Part shown: positions 25,366 through 37,084 of the stretch, one piece after another
How positions within the stretch are numbered: position 1 is the stretch's first letter
Layout: every line of letters starts with the position of its first letter
Assembly (NCBI GenBank): GCA_010093705.1
Contig: MU006094.1
Location: 471,550-535,549 of the forward strand
Length of the DNA: 64,000 nucleotides
Source: Patellaria atrata CBS 101060
Lineage: Eukaryota
Reading direction: 5' to 3'
Program-made: the position numbers and the translations under genes
The notes under the pieces: generated by a model
What the model saw: the letters and a program-made list of their open reading frames with translations, nothing else
What the model was told of the DNA's origin: nothing
Databases searched by the model: none

Positions 25366-25878
25366 ATGTCAGATGCATCGCGCCTTAAAGCTACAGTATA
25401 TGTCGGGGGCCTGGATAATGCAGTCACAACGCATACCTTGCACGCTGCTTTCGTACCATTTGGCGAGATAGTCGATATTTCACTCCCTAAGCCGGAGGTA
25501 CCTACATCAACCGATCCGCATCGAGGTTTTGGTTATGTTGAGTTTGAAGAAGCTACGGATGCCAAAGAGGCAATAGATAACATGGATCAAAGCGAACTGT
25601 ACGGACGAGTTATCAAAGTAGCGCCTGCAAAACCTCAGAAGGAGCAGAACGAGGGCTTGGGAAGCAAGACCGCAGTTTGGGAGCAGGTACTATTTTATAT
25701 TATCACCACTCCACATCTACTTCTAACACTTGAATAGGAGGGATGGTTGGCAAAGCATGCGGTCAGTGAAGAAGACCGTCTGGCTGCGACTCAGGCGAAA
25801 TCAGATACGGTGCCCGAAGCTTTAGATCCAATGCAAGGTTTGGAAGAATTGGATGTAGCTGGGCCCCGACAAGCATAG
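25366..25878 (+). CDS. RRM protein, PPIE/Cyp33-like N-terminal RRM without a cyclophilin domain, 2 exons
   Basis: KATVYVGGL (RNP2), HRGFGYVEF (RNP1) and AIDNMDQSELYGRVIKV. Intron 25687-25737; exon 2 reads EGWLAKHAVSEEDR...AGPRQA*. Confidence 0.88.
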
Positions 25879-26008
25879 ATCCTATCCTTTTCTTTCGCAT
25901 AGCATATCACGGCGTAATGGATCATAGGGAGCAAAACTGGGGTGCCTAATTTGATGGATATGTAATTTGTACAAACCGCACAATCAGCGGGAAACCACCC
26001 TCCACATA

Positions 26009-26579
26009 CTAATGATCATCTCGGGGACCTTGTCTTGTAAGGCGAAGAGTTTTATCCGTGTAAAACTTCCTAATGGATGCGAATATTGCAGCGGCGATAG
26101 CAGCACTGTCGAGGTTAGCCTTAATATACACAAGCGGGAAGGGTATTTGTACGCTAAGACAATACCTATAGAAGGGTTAGCAATTATCCAACTTAATCCT
26201 CGAATAACAAGTTGTTTACTTACCAAGAGGTATCAACTCTGGAGGAATCTTCTTGAGAGTACGGATGCGTTGCGAGATGGTGTGAGCTAACAACATATTA
26301 GTCGGTTGACCCTACTATATCAACTATCTCGTCAAGCAATTGCATACCGCTGTGCTCCTCTTTCTATGTATTGATCAGTCAAGATTCTATTTGAGAAAAC
26401 TCCAGTACGAGTAAGCTTACAGGGACTGGTCGCAGCAGATTGCGAGTGGGTTGCATCCTCATGCTACGGGTAGCTTGCATGTTGATATTCCGGGTGAACT
26501 GTAGGTTGACAGATCGTGCAGCCCGCACATTGAACAGACGTGCGGATTGCATTCCGAACATTCTTGTAGTGGTTGCCAT
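26009..26579 (-). CDS. NDUFA4/MLRQ (B12D)-like small mitochondrial membrane protein, 115 aa, 5 exons
   Basis: Exons 26579-26421, 26363-26348, 26286-26224, 26165-26153 and 26105-26009 total 348 nt. Product: presequence-like N-terminus, then KEEHSAHTISQRIRTLKKIPPELIPLGIVLAAAIAAAIFASIRKFYTDKTLRLTRQ. PELIPL + single TM + RL is typical of the MLRQ family. Confidence 0.8.
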
Positions 26580-26809
26580 ATTGAAAGGAGTGGAGATTGT
26601 AGGCGTTCGAATTCGGTGTTGATGTTTGTGCTCCAATGACGAACAGGTGAGGTTTGAAAGGGAAGCTCTCGTCGGCCTAGGAGCTTTTCCGGCCTTGACT
26701 GTGTCCGTGCTCTCGTCCCATCGACCGACCTCACTCCATCGAAGTACAACCAAAACCACCGAATCTAAACCCTCCACAGGCACCTGAAGTCCCCAATTGA
26801 ACAATTACC

Positions 26810-27395
26810 ATGGCTGAAGAAGGAGAAGAACGCGTTACCAAGCCCTTCAAATTGGTTACTGGTGAGTTCATAGAAATAAAGCTACGGAGTTCAACAGAGA
26901 TTCGCTAACAACCAGGTTTCTCCAGCCGGTATGTGTTCGATCACTCCCCCCGCCGTTCTCCTATTGGGATGGATTCTGGAGTATAAAGATTTTCGATCAG
27001 AATAAGTGTTGATTGTGGCTAGGTTTCGACGCGCGGTTTCCGAACATGAACCAGTAAGAGATATCATGTTATTTGAGAAAGCTGGAAAGAGTAAATTCTG
27101 ACGGCATCCCAGGACCAAGCACTGCTGGCAGAATTATGTCGACTATCACAAATGCATTCTAGCTAAGGGCGAAGAATTCCCGCCATGCCGTCAGGTAAAG
27201 CTTCCCTAAATTTCTCCTCAGCTAAAGTGCTAACATGCCACACAGTTCAAGTTGGCATACCGATCGCTCTGCCCCAGCTCGTGGACTCAACGATGGGATG
27301 ATCAGCGGGGTATGTCTATTACTTCTTGAAGACTTTGAAAGTTTACTAATGGCTGTTAAGAAAATGGAACCTTCCCTACCCGGTTGGATGTGTAA
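26810..27395 (+). CDS. COX12: Cytochrome c oxidase subunit 6B (Cox12), 88 aa, 6 exons including a 3-nt microexon
   Basis: Exons 26810-26861, 26926-26928, 27023-27053, 27113-27194, 27246-27309 and 27361-27395 give [33 protein letters not shown]...CRQFKLAYRSLCPSSWTQRWDDQRENGTFP. Not present in the ORF track. Confidence 0.95.
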
Positions 27396-28069
27396 ATAGT
27401 CGGAACTTTTCTATATCTTGGTTCTCTCTGGTGGATGGATTCATCAAGCAATTCGAAGCCTGTATCATGATGTAGAGTTTTCAAAGCCAGAAAACATTCT
27501 TGCGATTTCTGATGACAAATACCGATTCTAACTTTGACGCGCGAGCATGTAACAATTCCTTGAAGCCCCAAACGGTCGCTTGAAGCGCGGATATCTCATC
27601 CGTGTCATATTCTAGGCATTGTTGAACACTAGCAATATTTTATCAACACCCAGGAACCGATGATCGAATGCGAAGTACTAGAACAAGTACCCACAGGCAA
27701 CTAAGTAGGACCCGATTCATCATAGTTTAGATAACAGGTGATCTTGATCTCAGTAGAAATACTCGTATCACCATGCGGAGAATATCTAATATTTGTAGAT
27801 GTGACGTAGTATGATACTCGTTCGGAAACAAAAGCCATATGCTTCCAGATTTCACCAAGCTCAACACAATTCTTTTTTGGTCCCCATAGATGTGCAGTAC
27901 CGCTTTATGCCCAGTAGACGCCCGCAATGCTAAATATTGATACATAGCCTCCCCAGCACCTCGTATCGTGCCATAGCTGAGCTAGACAAGCTGTCTCCAA
28001 CTGTCAATCATATTCCAGCGGTCCGCCAATGTCGAAGAGATGATTAGAATCCCAATTCTATTCCTGGTT

Positions 28070-28336
28070 TCACCTCCCCAAACCTGCCCTTTTCTCCACG
28101 TAGAATCCTGGATCTGGCCGCCTCATTTCCCTCATCTCTGTCTTTGTCAATGGCTGTTCCACCTCTTGCACATCCACCAACTCCTTCACTTTCATGATCA
28201 TGCCTGCCACATCCTGGCTGACGGGATGGTATACGGTGTTCATCCGTCTTCGAAGCCCCAAAGCTGCGAGCGCACCATGAGTCTTCTTGGGAAGACCAAT
28301 GGCGCTGCGGAGGAGGGTGACACGGAAGTAAGCCAT
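28070..28336 (-). CDS. MRPL33: Mitochondrial ribosomal protein uL30m (MrpL33)
   Basis: [16 protein letters not shown]...[34 protein letters not shown]...[10 protein letters not shown], a typical fungal L30 family sequence. Confidence 0.93.
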   Translation of the reverse strand: MAYFRVTLLRSAIGLPKKTHGALAALGLRRRMNTVYHPVSQDVAGMIMKVKELVDVQEVEQPLTKTEMREMRRPDPGFYVEKRAGLGR

Positions 28337-28666
28337 TGCAGAAAGATAAGGTTATGTAGTAGAGGATCGAGTGGTTATAGATAGCGTGATGGTAGACACT
28401 ACATGACGTTAATGGGCATATCTCTTACGCTGTTGGTATGATGTATCGTACCTTCGTAATTACAGCTTCAAATAAAATATGTCAATGCTTCACAATGGGC
28501 TACAGTGCCGTTGTCGCAACATAGAAGAACTAACTCGAAGATCCTACGGCACCCTTCCGGCAGGGTCCAAAAGTCGGGGCCGACAAGGGAGAAATGCTTG
28601 GCAAAAGCTCTCATCTGCCCGACAGCCCCAACAACAAGTTGCATCAGTTACACCAAAACCAACATC

Positions 28667-28697
28667 GCACACATCACACACATCACACACATCACAC
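28667..28697. repeat. 9-bp tandem microrepeat (CACACATCA x3)
   Basis: gcacacatcacacacatcacacacatcacac in intergenic DNA. Confidence 0.7.
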
Positions 28698-30289
28698 CTA
28701 AGTGACGAAACATGTGCGGTTACTTTAACGAATGCCCCGAGCCTTAGACACCGATCGACCCAACTATGGCCCTGGGACTAGTAGGTGCTGTGGTCAAGGT
28801 GGGTGATAACCAACACCACACGACGGGCAAGAGGGTGACGGTTACAATAACGACGATTCGCTGTATCCCCAATATCCCCAGGATACTTTTCACATGTCGG
28901 CTCGTGTCACCGTCTGATAGAGCCATAATCCCTTTCGAACGCGCGGTGAAGAGAGTTGCGGTAACTGCCTTGCTGCCTGTCCTTCCCCTCGGGATGTCCG
29001 TTGAGCATACTGCCTTAGTGCTATAGTTATGATTGGATATTAACTTCCAGATGAAAGGATACTATTTCAAGGCGACCGACAGTTAGAATGACAGATCTAC
29101 TTAGAAGAGACTGCTAAAATTATACGGCTCTCTCTATGCCTACTTGAAGTTCTACCCCTAGAACTACTGGTATAGTACCTTGTAGGCGATTCTTGGGGCT
29201 ACACCTGCTGGGTCCAATCGTAAAGGAAGATTGATTAATTCCTTCGTATAAACGTTTCGAATTTCTTTAACATGTACCACTAATAATGCCCACTCAGCTA
29301 TTGATTGCCTCACACTGCCAGTGCTGACCATTTCGTGCACGTCCAATATCAGAAAGCCTTGCCAAGTTCCCTAAGGGGCGTATCGTACAATATCATGCAT
29401 CCTACAGTATACAACCTCCCAACGGACAATAGAAATGACTCCTATCTCCAAGGGCCACACAGTGTGTTGAATTGATATGATTGTCTTCTTTGCATTCAGG
29501 CGAGGTATAACTATCGGCTGGATGCTCGCTATCAATCTAGACTCTCCCCGTTTGCTCCAACGGCATTGTGGCTGCAGACCTCGCCCGAAAAGTGGCCGCA
29601 GTTGCAGGAGTGTGGAGAGCTGGTTTTTGCATACGGGAGTCTAGGATTTATTCATGGCGTAGTAAAACATTCGCTTTCATTGGCCGTCGATCTTCTCATA
29701 TCGACCACACTTTTCCTTTGCCGTCTCTAACGAACCAACTTGCTTCAGCCGCAGCTGTCCTATTGTAGACCAGAAATATTATACATCCAAGGGCATCGCC
29801 TTTCTTATATATTTGGTCGATCGCCTTTGAATTGAGCCTATCCAGACTTCTTTATCATTCCATCTCTTTCACGTCGCTTACGCCTTAGATTTGTACAAGT
29901 ATTGTATGAGTACACGGGTTTTCCTTCCCCATATACAAAAGCGGAATTGTATATGATATCAGTAGACCACACCTTTGTCAACTACGTCTAGTGACCGTAT
30001 AACGGTGTATTCGCTTGCACCGTTTTTTAGGCACGGACACGCACCGATCAAAGCTATAGCTAGACTCGGGTATGTCATAGTTTCGTTTACCTGCTTCAGG
30101 ATATATGACTTTTTTTTCACGCATGATATCCCTCAACTTAGCTGGAACATTTAATCTCAATTATGAATCATTTCTTCAACTCGTTCGCTCTCCTTGCTTC
30201 CCCTAGCTCCCTTACCTGCTATCATGAAGAAGAGTCAACAACAAATTTTTTCTGATATATCTCAATTTGCAGTTCGAAACTCTAGAAAC

Positions 30290-33200
30290 ATGCCATCCAT
30301 GGAAGAAAGTGCTCCTCCTAAGGCTGCAAGCCGTTTCGAGCTTGAAAATTTGCGGGAGAAGATTGATGCTCCATTCAAGCAACTCGCTGCCCTGATAACT
30401 TCAGCGAGAAGGCCGTTACCTACAGAATCTGGCGATGGCACTGAGCTTGATAAGACAGATCTTAGTCCCACCCTCCTCCAGAAGCTTGAAACAACTTTCA
30501 AAGACATGAGCCATCTTGGTATCAGTGACTTTCATTCTCTAATAGAAGTGCAGAAGAAAAAAATATCGGGGGAACACACAAATGATAAAACCTATCTAAT
30601 GGAGGGGCTGATCAGGGTAAGTACATCTCCATGTACAGCGTTATTTACCTAACTTGCCTCAGGCCGCTTGTGCGCTTCCAGTAGAATCAAAGATGAGTAA
30701 AAAAATCACTGGCGGATTTCTCACACAACTGTGGAACGACTTGCAGCACCCTCCACAATCGTATAGTCTTCACTTCTTCATTTGAGATTCTTTGCTTACG
30801 ATGATAGTATTTTGGGCGATAAATATACTTATAGATCAGCCGATGGTTCATTCAACGTAAATAAGTGTCCATCATTCGGGATAAGAAAACTGCTAACTGA
30901 AACTATAGAGTCTCGTGCATCCTCAATTAGGTGCAGCAAATATGCCATACGCAAGATCAGTGAAACCAGCAACGATGCTACCAGGAGCTCTACCAGATCC
31001 GTCGGTTATCTTTGATAGCATTATGGAGAGGAAGGTGCATGAAAAGCATCCAAATAGGATTTCCAGCGTTCTGTTCTACTTAGCAAGTATCATCATCCAT
31101 GATGCGTTCCGAACCTCCCACGAGGACTTCAGGATTTCGAAAACTTCTTCATACCTCGATCTCTCCCCGCTATATGGTAGTAATGCAACGGAGCAAAAGG
31201 AGGTGAGAACCTTCAAAGACGGCAAATTGAAACCAGATACCTTTTCTGAGAAACGTCTTTTCGGATTTCCTCCAGGTGTAAGCGTACTGTTAGTCATGTT
31301 TAACAGATTCCACAACTATATCGTCGAGAATCTTGCATTGATCAACCAGGGAGGACAATTTAGCAAACCTAGCGAGTCAAAACCAGGAAGGCCACTAAAG
31401 ACATGGGAGCAATACGATGAGGAGTTGTTTCAAACCGGACGTCTCATCACATGCGGTCTATACATTAACATTATCCTGATCGATTATGTCAGGACTATTC
31501 TAAACTTGAACCGGTGCGACAGCGACTGGGCCTTAGATCCTCGACTCAACGTTCCTGGCGGGCCTCCAATGGGAACTGGTAACCAGGTTGCTGCTGAGTT
31601 CAACTTGGTCTACAGGTGGCATTCTACAATCTCGGATCGGGATGAGGAGTGGACTAACAATCTGTTCAAGTCCATGTTTCCCGGAAGAGCACCAAAGGAA
31701 GTGCCTATGCCCGAATTTCTAGAGAAACTGAAGACACTAGACGACAAGCTTGATGCTGACCCTGGCAAGCGTGTGTTTGCTGGTCTCAAAAGAGGTCCTG
31801 ACGGGCGTTTCAATGACGACGATCTCGTGAAAGAATTGACAGCAAGTATCGAGGATTGTGCGAATTCATTTGGTGCGCAACGAGTTCCTACGGCTATGAG
31901 AGCAATCGAGATTCTCGGAATGCATCAAGCTCGTGCATGGAATGTTGCTTCACTAAATGAGTTCAGGAAACATTTTGGTCTTACGCCTCATCAAACATTC
32001 GAATCTATTAATCCAGACAAGTATGTTGCTGACCAGCTTCGCCATCTTTACGATACTCCGGATCACGTTGAACTGTATCCTGGCCTGGTATGCGAATCCG
32101 CCAAGGACCCAATGGCCCCAGGTGCTGGTCTTACCCCTGGATACACAATATCTCGTGGTGTACTTTCCGATGCCGTCGGTCTGGTTCGAGGAGATCGATT
32201 TTATACTATCGACTATCATCCGAGAAAGCTGACCAACTGGGGCTACACCGAAGTTGATACCGACAAGAGCATAGACAATGGTTGTGTATTTTACAAGCTC
32301 ATCCTGCGTGCTTTCCCAAATCACTTCAAGCCCAATTCAGTCTATGCTCATTATCCTTTGACTGTTCCATCAGAGATGGAAACTGTTCTTAAAGATCTCG
32401 GAAAACACCATCTGTATAACTACGAGGAGCCCAAGGCTCAGGGCCATCAGCATGTTGTGCTTACAGCGAAGGCGGTCAAGTCGACATTGGAGAACCAAGA
32501 AACATTCAAAGTACCATGGACTGAAGCGATCCTCTATCTTATGGGTGAATCTGCGAAGAACTTCTCTCTCGCAGGTGATTTACCGGCGAACACTGCTTCC
32601 CGAAATCTGGTCGGAAAGGCGCTCTATACCACCAAATGGGATAGGGAAGTCAAGGAGTTCTATGAGCATGTCACGCTCAAACTTCTTAAACAAAAATCCT
32701 ACAAACTAGCCGGCGTCAACCAGATCGACATCATCCGCGACGTCGGCAATCTCGCCCACGTCCACTTCAGCAGTGAGATGTTCTCCCTCCCACTCAAAAC
32801 GGATGAACACCCCCTTGGCATCTTCACCGAACACGAGATGTACCTCATCATGTCCGCCATCTTTATCTGCATCTTCTTCGACATTGACCCAGCCAAATCC
32901 TTCCCGCTACGACAAAAGGCCCTCAAAGCCACGCAAACCCTCGGCAAGATCGTCGAGGCGAACGTCAAAGAAGTCCGCGCCGGCGGCATGTTCTCCAGCA
33001 TCATGCAAGTGATATACCCACACAACACGCCCCTCAAATCCTACGGCATCCACATGATCCAGCGGCTCCTCGACAATGGCACCGACATCGAAGAGCTAGT
33101 CTGGAGCCACATCATGGGCACAGCCGGCGGCATGGTCGCAAACCAAGGCCAGCTCTTCGGCCAACTGATCGAATACTTCCTCACCGAGGGCAAAGAGCAC

Positions 33201-33786
33201 CTCCCCGAGATCCAACGCCTTGCCAAACTCGACACCGACGATGCAGACCAGGTCCTCATGAAGTACATGCTCGAGGGCTCGCGCCTGGCCGGCGAAACCG
33301 GCGTCTTCCGCACCGCGGCCCGCGACGTCGACATCGAGGACGGCGAGCGCACTCTCCGCGTCAAGAAGGGCGATAAACTCCTCGTTAACCTCCGCGCTGC
33401 GTCTCACGACCCCGAAGCGTATCCGAATCCGAGTAAACTCGATTTAGATAGGCCGGTGGAGTCGTATCTCCATCTCGGGCATGGGCCGCATAAATGTCTC
33501 GGGGTCCCGATGACGAGGGTCGCGCTCACGACAATGCTGAAGACGATTGGGCGGTTGGATGGGTTGAGGCCGGCGGTTGGGCCGCAGGGGCGTGTGCATA
33601 AGATTTCCAAGCCGTTGCATGGGGTTGACGTTGGGGAGGAGATGCTGTATCATGCGTATTTGACTGAAGCGCATGATATGTTGTTCCCGTTTCCTTGTTG
33701 TGAGTTTTTCGCTTCGCTGTCTTAGGTTTGAATTTCACTAATTTTTGGCAGCTATGAAGGTCAATTGGGATGGGGATTTGGAGTAA
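30290..33786 (+). CDS. Fatty-acid dioxygenase-cytochrome P450 fusion (Ppo / linoleate diol synthase family), 5 exons
   Basis: Peroxidase/DOX domain: YRSADGS, IIIHD (distal His), SSYLDLSPLYG, DYVRTIL and EFNLVYRWH (catalytic Tyr, proximal His). P450 domain: ANQGQ (NxxQ), EGSR (ExxR) and HLGHGPHKCLG (heme Cys). Last intron 33700-33751. Confidence 0.95.
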
Positions 33787-34529
33787 AAGGGGGGTAGGTA
33801 TTGGGAAGGGTATGCGTGCGTTTTGCTGGGGATGATGAGGGGGCTTCCGGGGGAGGGGGGGATCTATGGTTAAATGGAGGTTGGGACATGTTATGGTTAT
33901 CTCGGGGACTATGCTATGATGGGATGATATCAAGCATGATCTTTAAGGAGACTCGGAAAATTTGATTGAATATGTTTACTCAGTCTTAACGAGACCTTAT
34001 TGCTGAATTGATATAGAGACGGATGCTGTTGACGAACCTAAGCTCCGAAATCCAGAACAATATTTTGAAAAGTCTCTCCCTCGCATTCGATCTCCACCTG
34101 CACAGTAGTATTGGAACTTTCCTGAGGCACCAGTCGGTCGGGAAAGAAGACGAGAGAATTAAAGACATAGGAACACCGCAGAAACCACTCAGTGAACAGT
34201 TACAATTAGGCTCTGCCCAAGCTAGAGAGAAGACCTACTCCTGCAACATCTTCTCACAACGTCTTCAGGTCCCTCGAACAGTATCAAAAGCGGACGTTAC
34301 TAGGAGAACACCACCCCAGACGAGAAGGCCCACTTGACCTCCTATGCGTATTACGCCTTATTCCCTGACATCCAGATGCGCTTGGCCTCCGATCCAACAC
34401 CGCCAATCCACCAAACGCCTCCAAGCATGAAACGACACGGTATCAACAAAGAAGAGAGGTAATAGTACAAAAAGCGCTTTTGGGCACACCACAGCGCCAC
34501 AATCATGTATTACGACTGCGAAGATCACG

Positions 34530-36444
34530 TTATTGTCTTCGAAAGCCTATCACCGCAACCTTCAGATCGTTAATGAATTGAACAAAATACCTAGTTTGAA
34601 GGGGGGATTACCTGATTCGCAACGGTAAAAGCGAGTTTCTTACCGTCCGCATCCCACGCCAGACTCTGCTGTAGGGCCTCATCGTCCGGCTCGGTCGTGT
34701 CCCACTGCTCCTTCGAGCCTTCCCATTTCCACCGCGCTTTGGGCTGCCCTCCAATGTCCGCTTGCCATATCAGCACTGTGTCAAGTGCTGCGCCGGCGAT
34801 GTAGTGTCCATCTGGTGAGAATGCCATCGCTCTTGCCTCTACATTATCCATCATTAACCGATGGAGAGGTTGAAGCTGTCTCACTGCGTCCCATATCCTG
34901 ATCGAGCCGTCATCATGGGACGTCGCCAGGAGCCGGGCAGATCCTGGGGTAAATGCCGCCGGGTTCGGGAACGGCTGAAAGTCGAAGCCGGTTATCTGGT
35001 CCTCGTCGAAATTCATGATTGAAATTTCAGTCAAGTCTTCCTGGAAGAGAGCTAGCTTGTTATTCGAGTCGGAAACGCAGGCTATGAGTTTGCACAAGCC
35101 ATCAAATCTGAGCATCTGCCACTCGCCGTCTAGTGAGACGGACTTGACTGTTTGGATACCTTCGTTGATCTCGTATATCCGCAAGACATTGGTACCGCAG
35201 ACAACGAATTTGGCATCGTTGACCCAGGCTGCGTCGAATACAAACTCGTCTACCGAAATCATATGGAGAGGGTCCTTCCCGGAGAAATTGTCCCATATCC
35301 GGATGACCGACTCAGAGCCCATGCTTGATACGCAGAGCAATAGTTTCTTTTCTTTGTTGAACCGAAGAGCCCAGACATTGCCTATCAAAGAGGACATGGT
35401 ACGGATTTCTGATCCTCCCTTTTGGAGACTTAACAATTTCCTGATGATGAGTTTCTCACCTTGTTCATTTTGACGCTCTTCCTTTATACCTAATACCGCT
35501 TCTCCGGAAAGCGTCCAGCTAAAGTTTAACACCGAGAAGGGATTAAGAGCAATATTCACATCATGTGGAGTGTAGGATTTCGATTTGTCCATCGAATTTT
35601 CGGCGGCTCGTTGTATATAGTAAAATCTTAGTAATGAATCTCCTGCTAAGAGAAGTAAAGGAGCATTCTCTGGGTCCCAACACGTACGATCCACTTTGGC
35701 ATCTGGATCTTCCACCTTGATGAATATCGTATCGGATGCCAGCTCGGCGATCGAAACTTTATCGCTCTGGACTCCGGTACTTTGTCCTACTTCTAGTGTT
35801 GTAGGCAATGGTGGTTCCTCAATGATTGGGGATTCTACTTCAGACGGGCCAGTGTCAACATCTGGGTTTGGAGTGTGAACAAATCCATTTGGCTCTATAT
35901 CCATGACATCTCCGTTTACCTGTCTGTTTTCGACATGGTTTCTCTTTTGGCGTTTTGGAGGTCTTGGAGTTGGTCCAGTCGGGGTATGAGGGATTCCATT
36001 GACGCCATTATGGTCAGTCAGCGCCAGTCTGCGACTGAACTCTGCTTCTACCTCCTCGATAGTCTCTTGTGTTCTAGCATAACGCGGTCCGTGATCTGTC
36101 CCGAAGTGGTATCGGCGAGGTACCTAGGGTTGACTATTAGTCCTGTATTGAGAGAAGTATCGAGCGAGCGCTCGACGTACCCCAGTGGTCTGCGATTGCA
36201 ATTCGTCGTAGTATAGGCCATCAGAGAGCAGGTTCACCAATGTATGCGCTTGTACGGATTCTGCGAAAGGTAGTTTGCTAGGATCGGGATACCAGGACTT
36301 TTGAAGATAAACAGCTGCTTTAGCGAAGCCTGGAATGGTTAGTGATGGTGAAATCTGAGTCCAACAGTCGCCCATACCAGCTTCTTGTAGATACTGCCAG
36401 ACCAGATAATTGACAACGTTTGAAGATAAAACTTCGGCGGTCAT
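34530..36444 (-). CDS. SIF2: LisH + WD40 protein, TBL1/Sif2-like (Set3/HDAC complex subunit), multi-exon
   Basis: LisH LSSNVVNYLVWQYLQEAG|FAKAA. WD40 repeats LLATSHDDGSIRIWD, MAFSPDGHYIAGA and SLAWDADGKKLAF. Last exon VAVIGFRRQ* after an intron. Confidence 0.82.
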
Positions 36445-37084
36445 GGCGCATTGTCGAGGCGCTGATTGTCAACTCAAGTGGTATATCGAATAATGCGACG
36501 AGAAACGGTGGGATATGTAGACGTGTATTCGATGGCGGTAACTTGGGCTAAAGGAACGTCGCGGGACGTTCTATAAGGTCATGTATCATGTATCATCCGT
36601 TCTATTTGTCTGCGCTGGTTCGGAATGTGATAGATTCGAAAGATATTGTCTGGTGTTGGTGGTTGTATTCTGTTGTTGTCTTGAATAATGCTTGAAGGTT
36701 CTCAGTCTTTACCAGCCGTGACTTGACCGGTTTGGGCTTGTAGGCTTCGCTTGGCGTTTCCCCATGTTGATGAGCTTGCTATGTCCACGCGGGCGCTAGT
36801 GCCGAATTAGGCCTGGGAAGATCTACGAACGACATCCTAAGTTCACTCACGTGAAACAATCTCAACTTTTCCTTTCAGGGAAATATTGTATTATACTTTC
36901 TGCCTGAACGACGACCATCTACGATAATTCCATACTGCAACCTGACCTATCCGTATCTGCACCGTCCTGATTACCGCCCACCGAAAAGACAACTGCCTGT
37001 CTTGTCTCCGCCGAACTCCCTACCGAAAACCCCCAAAGCATCTCTCCCTGAGCTCTCCCTAGGGGAGAGCACTCACGGCCAAGG

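Noticed and set aside
26862..27022. Possible stwintron (nested intron) in COX12
   Set aside because: Both introns have complete donor and acceptor sites, and the intervening CCG restores the expected TAGFDARFP, so a microexon explains it better.
4156..36444. Two corepressor genes (SSN6 and TBL1/SIF2-like) in one window
   Set aside because: 27 kb apart with many unrelated genes between; no evidence of functional linkage.
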